DNA of 64,000 nt from Parcubacteria group bacterium (lineage in GTDB: Bacteria; Patescibacteriota; Minisyncoccia; Phycocordibacterales; CALRBT01). Under the pieces are notes generated by a model. That model worked only from the letters and a program-made list of their open reading frames with translations. It was not told the origin of the DNA and ran no database searches. Positions 56,791 through 64,000 of this stretch are shown here, one piece after another. Every line of letters starts with the position of its first letter. The first letter of the stretch is position 1. A program made the position numbers and the translations under genes. The stretch spans positions 101,424 to 165,423 of the forward strand of contig CALRBT010000001.1 in NCBI GenBank assembly GCA_943354475.1. Direction: 5' to 3'.

Positions 56791-57015
56791 ATGTATATGA
56801 AGTATCTTCATATGGTGACGTTTCTCCTTTTGGTTGTTGGGGGATTGAACTGGCTCCTCTTTGCCCTAACGGGTAAGGATATCGGTTCTTTTATTGGAGG
56901 TATGGATTCAATGCTAGCTCGGGCGATTTATCTTTTGGTAGGTCTTTCAGCTATCTTTGAAATCATTACTCATAAGAAAAATTGTAGGCAGTGTTCAGAT
57001 CCTACAGTGATGTAG
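56791..57015 (+). CDS. DUF378-family small membrane protein
   Basis: VVGGLNWLLFALTG signature. Confidence 0.55.
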   Translation: MYMKYLHMVTFLLLVVGGLNWLLFALTGKDIGSFIGGMDSMLARAIYLLVGLSAIFEIITHKKNCRQCSDPTVM

Positions 57016-57023
57016 TTTTACTT

Positions 57024-57070
57024 CCACACACAGAAAACGCCCGGCGACGCCGGGCGTTTTCTGTGTGTGG
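57024..57070. terminator. 23-bp perfect palindrome CCACACACAGAAAACGCCCGGCG/CGCCGGGCGTTTTCTGTGTGTGG forming a bidirectional terminator
   Basis: Read directly. It is the longest perfect inverted repeat I found in the window. Confidence 0.65.
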
Positions 57071-57127
57071 AAGGTTAAAAGCGTCACACTCCTTCATGGG
57101 GATGTGACGCTTCTCACTTCGTTTTCT

Positions 57128-57382
57128 TCAGTATCTTGGGTGCCTCGCGACCCAAGTTGCTTGGCACCCTTCGCAACAGAAGTAATAGGTCTTGCCACCC
57201 CTACTGCTGGTGCGACTTGCAGTGTTTACACTTCCTCTCTTGCACTCATCGCACTTTGCGCCACCTTGTGAAAGTGGGGCATTGGGCCTTTCTTCGATCA
57301 TCCATGATCCATAGGTTCGATTGCAGATACCACAGCCATCATCCTCAATGGCACCGTGGTAGCAGATAGGAATTTGACCCAT
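57128..57382 (-). CDS. Small Cys-rich metal-binding protein with a TRASH/YHS-like motif
   Basis: CDECK-x17-YYFCCEGC, plus an N-terminal CYHG...CGIC half-site. Confidence 0.45.
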   Translation of the reverse strand: MGQIPICYHGAIEDDGCGICNRTYGSWMIEERPNAPLSQGGAKCDECKRGSVNTASRTSSRGGKTYYFCCEGCQATWVARHPRY

Positions 57383-57709
57383 ACTCTTTCTCCTGATTGG
57401 TTACTCTGAAGAGAACAGTAAGATATTTTAAAGTGGTATGTCAACCCCTAAACTTTATAAGACGAATAATGTTGGTAGATTCTTTACTTTGGAGTAGAGT
57501 GGATATATTGAGATGCCTGATGCATCTCAAAAATTATTGGAGTGCGTTGTTTGAATACCTTGCTGTCTTGCCCCGAGGGTGAAAACACGCGTTGTGTATA
57601 GTGTGGTCGGAGGACCACTCCTATTCCAAAAAAACAGCCATGGTGTTTTGTGCCCAATACCTCGTCTGCTCTGCAACGAGGTTGGACACACAACCTGTTT
57701 TATTTTATG

Positions 57710-58996
57710 GAGCGCATTAAACATTTTGGACGAACAACTTTTTCTTCACTTAAGATCAGGAACTACAGACTTTATTTTATCGGACAGATTGTCTCCCTTT
57801 CTGGTACTTGGATGCAAACAGTGGCCCTTGGTTGGTTGGTGCTTGAGTTAACGCACTCTGGTACTGCGCTCGGTATTGTGGTGGCCCTTCAATTTATTCC
57901 AATACTTATTCTTGGTCCGTGGGGCGGCTTAGTTGCTGACCGCTACAACAAACGCACGATACTCTATATAACCCAAACTGCCTTTGGTCTGCTTACCTTG
58001 GGTGTAAGCATTCTAATTTTTAGTGGTTTTGTCACTATCACCGTGCTGTATCTATTCGCCCTTCTTTTTGGCATAGTTCGTCTCTTTGACAACCCAGCAC
58101 GTCAAACATTTGTCTCGCAATTGGTTGATACTAGTAATCTCAAGAACGCGGTTAGTCTAAATGCAACGGTAAATAATTTAGCTCGTGCAGTTGGCCCATC
58201 CATCGCAGGAATCTTGATAGCAGGGATTGGAATCTCATTTTGTTTTCTTTTTAACGCACTAACCTATGTTGTTACCATAATAACACTGTGGTATATGCAA
58301 GGTGATGAACTCCACGAGATGGTGCCAAAAAAGAAAGGAAAAGGGGAGTTGCGTGAAGGATTTCACTACGTGATGGCAACCCCAGTTATTCGCGATACGC
58401 TTATTATGATGGCCTTCATTGGGACATTTGTTTTTGAATTCCAGGTCAGTCTTCCTATTTTTGCACAACAAGTTTTTCATGGCGACGCCAAGAGTTACGC
58501 CTTACTATTAGCTACTATGGGAGCAGGATCGGTGCTCGGTGGTCTTTTTGCTGCGGGTCGTCATAAAGTAGCCCCTCATCACCTCATTTTCTTTATGGCA
58601 GCCTTTGGTATTAGTCTCCTTGGAGTTTCAGTAATGCCAACCCTTTCACTTGCAGCTTTTGGAATGTTTGTTGTTGGATTCTTTTCTATTAATGTTACAT
58701 CTCTTGGTAACACAATACTCCAGCTTGAGAGTAAACCTGAAATGCGTGGAAGGGTGATGGCGCTTTGGGGAATGGCAATGCTCGGCTCAACTCCAATCGG
58801 GGGTCCAATCATTGGATTCATTGGAGAGTTTGCAGGTGGTAGGTGGGGAGTGGCCACTGGTGGGATTGTTGCCATTCTAACTGCGTTAGGGGCTGCCATT
58901 GCTTTACTGAGAAAGAGTAGGGAAGAGCAGGTAATTCCTCATAGTGTCGAGTATCGAAGTGATGAAGCATCTATCAAAAGTATAAAAATTCCATAA
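57710..58996 (+). CDS. MFS transporter with 12 predicted TM helices
   Basis: GPWGGLVADRYNKR MFS loop 2-3 motif. The start was moved to MERIKHF. A hairpin CCTCGT..ACGAGG lies in the leader. Confidence 0.75.
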   Translation, partial: ERIKHFGRTTFSSLKIRNYRLYFIGQIVSLSGTWMQTVALGWLVLELTHSGTALGIVVALQFIPILILGPWGGLVADRYNKRTILYITQTAFGLLTLGVSILIFSGFVTITVLYLFALLFGIVRLFDNPARQTFVSQLVDTSNLKNAVSLNATVNNLARAVGPSIAGILIAGIGISFCFLFNALTYVVTIITLWYMQGDELHEMVPKKKGKGELREGFHYVMATPVIRDTLIMMAFIGTFVFEFQVSLPIFAQQVFHGDAKSYALLLATMGAGSVLGGLFAAGRHKVAPHHLIFFMAAFGISLLGVSVMPTLSLAAFGMFVVGFFSINVTSLGNTILQLESKPEMRGRVMALWGMAMLGSTPIGGPIIGFIGEFAGGRWGVATGGIVAILTALGAAIALLRKSREEQVIPHSVEYRSDEASIKSIKIP

Positions 58997-59083
58997 CAAT
59001 AAAACGTGTTTTATGTCTATTGCTCGTAGCAAAGTAAGCTAATCATTTAAATATCGCACTCCAACAAACTAATGACCTAGGAG

Positions 59084-59485
59084 TTATTTACCTGCCACTT
59101 TAAAATTCACATACAGATTCATCAGATAGTTCCACATACCGACAATGCCGGCAACCATAACTCTGGAAATCAAATATTGTATCTGAAATATTTCAACGAG
59201 TGCATACATTGTTACCATTGCAAAACTGATACCAATTAGCGCAATAGCCATAAAGCCAAAATAACTTACTCGTGCAGATGTTAAGGTACCTTTGAATACA
59301 AAGTGACGGCTGAAAAAATAATTTATAGAAATAGCAACAGCGAAGGCGACCCCTGTGGCAACAATGTAATTCCAAAGGAAAATATCGGTAAAAATATAAA
59401 GAAGAAGTAGGTCGAGTGTAAAGGTCGAGATACCAACACCACTGTATTTTAAAAAACGTTTGAAATTAGGTTTCTCGCTCATCAT
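59084..59485 (-). CDS. GtrA-family membrane protein
   Basis: FLKYSGVGISTFTLDLLLLYIF...YFFSRHFVFK. The start was moved to MMSEKP. Confidence 0.65.
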   Translation of the reverse strand: MMSEKPNFKRFLKYSGVGISTFTLDLLLLYIFTDIFLWNYIVATGVAFAVAISINYFFSRHFVFKGTLTSARVSYFGFMAIALIGISFAMVTMYALVEIFQIQYLISRVMVAGIVGMWNYLMNLYVNFKVAGK

Positions 59486-59527
59486 GCGTCTATTATAACA
59501 AAAACTAGTAATCGATATTAAATGTGA

Positions 59528-59554
59528 AATCCCCCCAGCTTCGCTGGGGGGATT
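59528..59554. terminator. Hairpin AATCCCCCCAGC-TTC-GCTGGGGGGATT
   Basis: Read directly. Lies downstream of tRNA-Asn on the minus strand. Confidence 0.5.
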
Positions 59555-59845
59555 ACTAAGCACGACTATGACAGAAAACATCAAGAGTACAGGGACCAGA
59601 TACAAACTTTGGAAATTGAACTTTCTGAACACTCAAAAGCAGATTACGAATACCAAACCACCGTTGCCACAGTCATTTCTGTAGCACGCAGATCAAAAGC
59701 TATTTTTGAAAATAGTTCTGATGTTGCAGGAAAACGAGCATTTTTGAATACTCTACTTCAGAACCCTACTGTAAACGGAAAAAAGCTATATTTTACAATA
59801 GCTTCTCCCTACAATCTGGTACTAGAATTGGCTAATCACCCTAAC

Positions 59846-59920
59846 TGGCTCCGCGGGTAGGATTCGAACCTACGACCAATTCGTTAACAGCGAACTGCTC
59901 TACCACTGAGCTACCGCGGA
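59846..59920 (-). tRNA. tRNA-Asn (anticodon GTT), CCA encoded
   Basis: The minus strand reads UCCGCGG-UA-GCUCAGUGGUAGAGC-A-GUUCG-CUGUUAA-CGAAU-UGGUC-GUAGG-UUCGAAU-CCUAC-CCGCGGA-G-CCA. The cloverleaf folds as written. Confidence 0.85.
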
Positions 59921-60018
59921 ATATGTATCTCCTTGAAACACAAAAAGATAGTACCAAAAAAGCGTCTTGCTGTAAATTGCTCCAAAAAGGTACAATGAGG
60001 GTATAAATTTACAATAGT

Positions 60019-60318
60019 ATGATTAAACTCTATGTTAAAACAGGTTGTCGATATTGTGAGGCGGTTCTGAGAAAGCTCCATCTGGAAAATGTTGAATTCT
60101 CAGAACTCAACATCGCTGATAAGGTGAACGCTGAGGATGTCTTACGGCTCGGCGGTAAATTCCAAGTCCCATTTCTGGTTGATGAGGAGCGGGGGATTTC
60201 AATTTACGAATCAGCGATGATTATCGATTATCTCGATCAGAATTATTCTAAGTCGGCGAAAAATAAAACTAACTTAGAGCTTCTGCATATTGACCCAAAG
60301 ACATCGACAGAATTCTAA
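60019..60318 (+). CDS. grx: Glutaredoxin
   Basis: YVKTGCRYCEAV active site and the GGKFQVPFLV thioredoxin-fold motif. Confidence 0.8.
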   Translation: MIKLYVKTGCRYCEAVLRKLHLENVEFSELNIADKVNAEDVLRLGGKFQVPFLVDEERGISIYESAMIIDYLDQNYSKSAKNKTNLELLHIDPKTSTEF

Positions 60319-60333
60319 TTTTAAAAACAAGAA

Positions 60334-60564
60334 ATGCTTTTTTCTGCTAAAATAATACCAGAGGCAAAAAGAAACTTGGTTACCGCTCTTTCACCAACCC
60401 GTCTTAAGGTTGAGGTCAAAGAAGAAGCAAGGGGGAATCTTGCCAATATACAGGCGATAGCTTTGCTTGCAGATCACTTTAATCTCCCAAAAGGAAAGGT
60501 GAAAATAATTCGAGGTCACCATAAGCCACAAAAGATAGTTTCAATAAATAAGGAGGAAAAATAG
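60334..60564 (+). CDS. DUF167/YggU-family protein
   Basis: ARGNLANIQAIALLADHFNLPKGKVKIIRG matches the family pattern. Confidence 0.6.
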   Translation: MLFSAKIIPEAKRNLVTALSPTRLKVEVKEEARGNLANIQAIALLADHFNLPKGKVKIIRGHHKPQKIVSINKEEK

Positions 60565-60609
60565 AGTAATCAAAAATTTTACTAGAAAGGAGTAATCAAT
60601 TCTAACTAT

Positions 60610-60987
60610 ATGAGAAGTACAACAAAAGTCACAGGAATGGAGTTAACACCTGCTATTTCTGATTACCTTGATAAAAAAATCACCAGTTTAGACAAGTTAA
60701 TTGATAAAGAGGATACAAGTGCTCTGGCAAAGGTTGAAATTGGAAAGACGAGCAATCATCACAACCAAGGGGAGGTGTTTCGCGCTGAGATTACCTTACA
60801 TATTGCAGGAGCTGACTTCAGAGTTGAATCCGAAAAAGATAATCTTTATGCGGCAATTGATGCAGTACGTGATCAAATGCATCAAGAACTCCAGAGTTAT
60901 AAACGCAAGAAAGTAAGTCTCGTTAGGCGAGGTGGCGCAAAAATAAAGTCGGTACTCAAAGGCCTTACTAATAGGGGAAAGGAATAA
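60610..60987 (+). CDS. hpf: Ribosome hibernation promoting factor
   Basis: VTGMELTPAISDYLDKKI...EITLHIAGADFRVESEKDNLYAAIDAVRDQM. Confidence 0.8.
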   Translation: MRSTTKVTGMELTPAISDYLDKKITSLDKLIDKEDTSALAKVEIGKTSNHHNQGEVFRAEITLHIAGADFRVESEKDNLYAAIDAVRDQMHQELQSYKRKKVSLVRRGGAKIKSVLKGLTNRGKE

Positions 60988-60997
60988 TAAAATACTT

Positions 60998-61621
60998 ATG
61001 AGGGAAAAAACTAAAGGTGAGATTTTTCGGTTACTCTCATACGCATTGCTGATAGGAGCTTTCACTGTTGCGTTTATCTATCTTCTCGTTTATGGTCAAC
61101 GAAATGCTGAACAATTGGAGTTCGCTAGATCCAAACAAGAATACCTACTTGATCAGTCGGTTCTTCTTAAAACTAGTGAGGGGAATATCCACGTTAATTT
61201 GGATGCCAGCAGTGCTCCAATCTCCGTGTATAGTTTCGTGACTCTTTCAAAGAGTGGTTTTTATAATGATTCAATATTCAGTAATGCCATAACTGACTAT
61301 TACATTGTGGGAGGTAAGCGGACAGCAAACTCCGCGACTAGTAGTGCATCCGTCTCTCGTCATTTAGCAGAAACATATAAAGAAACAGATTCAGAGAGAT
61401 CCCCAACACAAGGAGATGTACTCCTCATCAATACAGGCCCTGATAAAAAAGAATATCGATTTCTCATTGTTACTACAGACAACTTGCCACTCCTTGAGAA
61501 GTTTAAGGGAAGGTTTCCGATTGTAGGCAAGGTAATTTCGGGAATGGAGGTAATAGATCGAATTGAACGGCTATATAAACAAAAGAAAGAGGTAATGCTC
61601 AAAGAGACCAGGGTGTTATAG
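60998..61621 (+). CDS. Cyclophilin-type peptidyl-prolyl cis-trans isomerase with an N-terminal membrane anchor
   Basis: VLLKTSEGNIHVNLDASSAPISVYSFVTLSKSGFYND...GKVISGMEVIDRI. Confidence 0.8.
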   Translation: MREKTKGEIFRLLSYALLIGAFTVAFIYLLVYGQRNAEQLEFARSKQEYLLDQSVLLKTSEGNIHVNLDASSAPISVYSFVTLSKSGFYNDSIFSNAITDYYIVGGKRTANSATSSASVSRHLAETYKETDSERSPTQGDVLLINTGPDKKEYRFLIVTTDNLPLLEKFKGRFPIVGKVISGMEVIDRIERLYKQKKEVMLKETRVL

Positions 61622-61626
61622 AGGCG

Positions 61627-62481
61627 CTATAGAATACTTTTTTGAAAAACAGAGTAATCAGTTTCTTTCTTACCTTCGGGAATGACACGTTTGATGGTGA
61701 ACTTACCTTCGACTAATGATGCGTCCTTGATGATGATGCGAACATTTTTATCTCCCACTTTGACGAAAAAATAGCTTCCAGGCCAACCAAAGTAAGCTCT
61801 GAATTTGCGATCATTTAAGATTGGGTCTCCATTGGGATCGAGTAGTCCATCTTCTTTTTCAATTTTGGTGGAATGCGTAGCCAGGGTGTCATCTTGAGGG
61901 GTTACTACTATTTCACCTGCAATATATCTCCTGATAACATCGGGGAGCATTTGAGATGCTCTTTGATTTAACTCATCACGAAGCGCAGGAGCGGCAATGT
62001 CAGCTGGAATTGAGAGTTTATCCATGGCAAGGATTGGCCCCGTATCAAGTTTGTATTGCATCTTTTGAATACAAACTCCTGTTTCGTTATCACCACCAAG
62101 GATTGCAGATTCAACTGGCGTAGCCCCTCGATATTTTGGCAGGAGAGAATAGTGAACATTAATCGTTCCAAACTTTGGTGTGTCAATGAGTTTTTCTGGA
62201 AGGATTTTACCGTAAGCAACCACCACAAAGAGGTCAAAGTTTTTTTCCGCCAAGTCTTGGATAAATGCATCATCCAGTTTTTCTGGTTGAAGGTAGGGGA
62301 TATTGTGTTCAATGGCCCACAGTTTAGTAGGAGTTGGGGTTAGTATCAGTTTGCGACCTTGTGGTTTATCGGGTGTAGTAACGATGAGCGACGGTAATAG
62401 GTTATTTTCCTTAAGAGTATTTAAGAGTACCAGGGTGAGTGCTGGGGTTCCGAAGAACGCAAAATTAATTTTCTGATTCAT
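61627..62481 (-). CDS. fmt: Methionyl-tRNA formyltransferase
   Basis: FFGTP...TTPDKPQGR...FVVVAYGKILP...INVHYSLLPKYRGATPV. Confidence 0.9.
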   Translation of the reverse strand: MNQKINFAFFGTPALTLVLLNTLKENNLLPSLIVTTPDKPQGRKLILTPTPTKLWAIEHNIPYLQPEKLDDAFIQDLAEKNFDLFVVVAYGKILPEKLIDTPKFGTINVHYSLLPKYRGATPVESAILGGDNETGVCIQKMQYKLDTGPILAMDKLSIPADIAAPALRDELNQRASQMLPDVIRRYIAGEIVVTPQDDTLATHSTKIEKEDGLLDPNGDPILNDRKFRAYFGWPGSYFFVKVGDKNVRIIIKDASLVEGKFTIKRVIPEGKKETDYSVFQKSIL

Positions 62482-62485
62482 TTGA

Positions 62486-63064
62486 TTATTTTTTTAACGC
62501 GCGTTTCTCCTTACGTTTTCTTTTTTCTTCAATCGGATCAATCACTTCAAGATCGGTTGCAGTATCGACAAAGAGTGCGCCGTTTAGATGGTCAATTTCG
62601 TGTTGGAAGATTTGTGCCAGGAGCCCCTTACCGCTTAGGGTGAATTTCTTTCCCTCTCTGTCGTAGGCGGTGATGGTCGCTTTCTTTGAGCGTTTTACTT
62701 TGCCGTAGAGCCAACGAACCGAGAGACAGCCTTCGGGCATATTCTCACGCTCTTTGGATGATTTGATGAGTTTGGGGTTGATGCAGATAATGTCTTTGGA
62801 GGTGTCGGTATAGCTATCCATATCTTCAGGATCAAGATAGACTTTGCCAGAAATGACCACAATGCAGAGTGATTCTCCAATCTGGGGAGCGGCGAGTGCT
62901 ACACCGTCTGACTGCGCCACCAAGACTTTTTGCATCTTCTCAATTATTTTTGTAATACGAGGGGATTGTATTTCTTCAATTGGCACCTCGACCGCTTTGG
63001 CACGCAAAACAGGGTCCTCTTTTTGGACGATTCCTTCAATTGATTTGTCATTGACGGTAGGCAT
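62486..63064 (-). CDS. def: Peptide deformylase
   Basis: GVALAAPQIG, EGCLS and HEIDHLNG motifs. Confidence 0.9.
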   Translation of the reverse strand: MPTVNDKSIEGIVQKEDPVLRAKAVEVPIEEIQSPRITKIIEKMQKVLVAQSDGVALAAPQIGESLCIVVISGKVYLDPEDMDSYTDTSKDIICINPKLIKSSKERENMPEGCLSVRWLYGKVKRSKKATITAYDREGKKFTLSGKGLLAQIFQHEIDHLNGALFVDTATDLEVIDPIEEKRKRKEKRALKK

Positions 63065-63291
63065 GTTTTTAGTTACTTAGTCTCTATTGTATAGCATTTT
63101 TTGGAATAATTAACAGTAGGTGGTGTGTTGGGTTTGTCAGAGATGTTTGCTCACAAGGTATCAGCTTGTGTGAATTTAAAACATTTGATACAGTGTGATC
63201 ATATGAGAAATTATACAAATATGCACCGTAGCCGAATGACTCCTAACCGAAGGCGTGTATAATTTTGCTTTTTCTATTAAATCAATTAAGT

Positions 63292-63323
63292 AAAACATCC
63301 GCCTTTGCAAAGGCGGATGTTTT
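63292..63323. terminator. 15-bp perfect palindromic hairpin AAAACATCCGCCTTT/AAAGGCGGATGTTTT
   Basis: Read directly from the sequence. Confidence 0.55.
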
Positions 63324-63493
63324 CGTTTAGCAGTTTATGAACACAATCATTTTATTAAAACTTAATAATCGACTTATGCACCGTCATATGCGACCGAATT
63401 TTCGGTGGTCGCTTTGCGTTGCTTGATAGTTCACTGCTTTCAAGGATACAAAGGGGTCACTGAAACCCCACTGTTCTTTGAAAGGAGAAAACT

Positions 63494-64000
63494 CATGCCT
63501 TGTGAGCTTCGTATACGAGACGACCTATCTGTTAATGATATTGTTGACCTTGCAAAGCGGTATCATGTTAAAGCAACACCCCATGTTGGTAATTGGACAC
63601 CTACTCGGCTTGCACTGCCACTACTTGGTGTTTCCATTTCCTGTGTGGATCAAACCATAGGGGTTAGGGACATCAATACTCATCCGCAACTATTCATTCA
63701 AAATGGTGAAGTGTATGAGCTTTGTGATAATCCCGAACAACTCACCACTCACGCTGTGGTAAATCGGGCACATAATGGAGTACATCAAATCGGTACATCA
63801 TTATCCACGGTTCACGTTGGGGTGTTACGGTTGTTGTATCCTTCGGCAAGCATCATTACCCACACTGAAGAGTTGCTCGAACAACAAGACATCGTCCTAA
63901 CCCTCCTTGAGGAAGTCACTAATTTTTCTCGTTCAGCAACTTGGTGGCGAAAAGTTGATGCTGGAGGGATTGTGACTCAACATCGTAAGAAAGAGCTACC
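63494..64000 (+). CDS. Hypothetical protein, 3' end runs off the window
   Basis: AAAGGAGAAAACTC-ATG ribosome-binding site. Open to the window end. GC content is raised. Confidence 0.45.

Noticed and set aside
1-64000. CRISPR arrays, rRNA genes, and insertion sequences or transposases
   Set aside because: No periodic repeat-spacer structure, no rRNA-like conserved blocks, and no transposase or integrase motifs were seen. All large inverted repeats found are single hairpins consistent with terminators.

Overview
This 64-kb window is from a low-GC (about 40%), gene-dense bacterial chromosome that uses the standard genetic code (dnaE, rpoB, rpoC and other long genes are intact). The shortened rpoB/rpoC/dnaE/smc genes, abundant lysine-rich tails on housekeeping proteins and a type IV pilin suggest a small-genome uncultivated lineage, possibly Patescibacteria/CPR-like; this is inference only.

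The backbone is housekeeping, in this order:
- thrS (partial), pilin, dnaE, rnhB, rpmF, nusB-Nudix fusion, rnc, smc-like
- gmd-gmm-gmd cluster, rnr, rpsP-KH-trmD, rpoB-rpoC, dnaG-rpoD
- a UvrD-like helicase-nuclease, dsbA-bcp-zupT, hisS, truB, mscL, htrA-like protease, dgkA, tsaC
- a P-type ATPase, an MFS transporter, tRNA-Asn, grx, hpf, ppiase, fmt-def

Accessory and unusual content sits between these. The strongest signal is a candidate cobalamin riboswitch on the minus strand (about 50057-50311). It lies upstream of a two-gene operon encoding a DUF4430 protein and a 707-aa secreted alpha/alpha-toroid repeat protein, which together resemble a split transcobalamin/intrinsic-factor-like B12-capture system.

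Other notable items:
- two SET-domain methyltransferases, one carrying a histone-H1-like lysine-rich tail, and an RpoD with an H1-like N-terminal extension
- a NusB-Nudix fusion
- a minimal eukaryotic-like kinase with an overlapping small ORF
- two unannotated short basic ORFs
- a promoter, leader peptide and attenuator arrangement upstream of rpoB
- a recurring G-free CA-rich leader motif
- small GC-rich islets with orphan genes

No CRISPR array, rRNA or insertion sequence was detected. Hairpin and motif coordinates were counted by hand and may be off by 1-2 nt.
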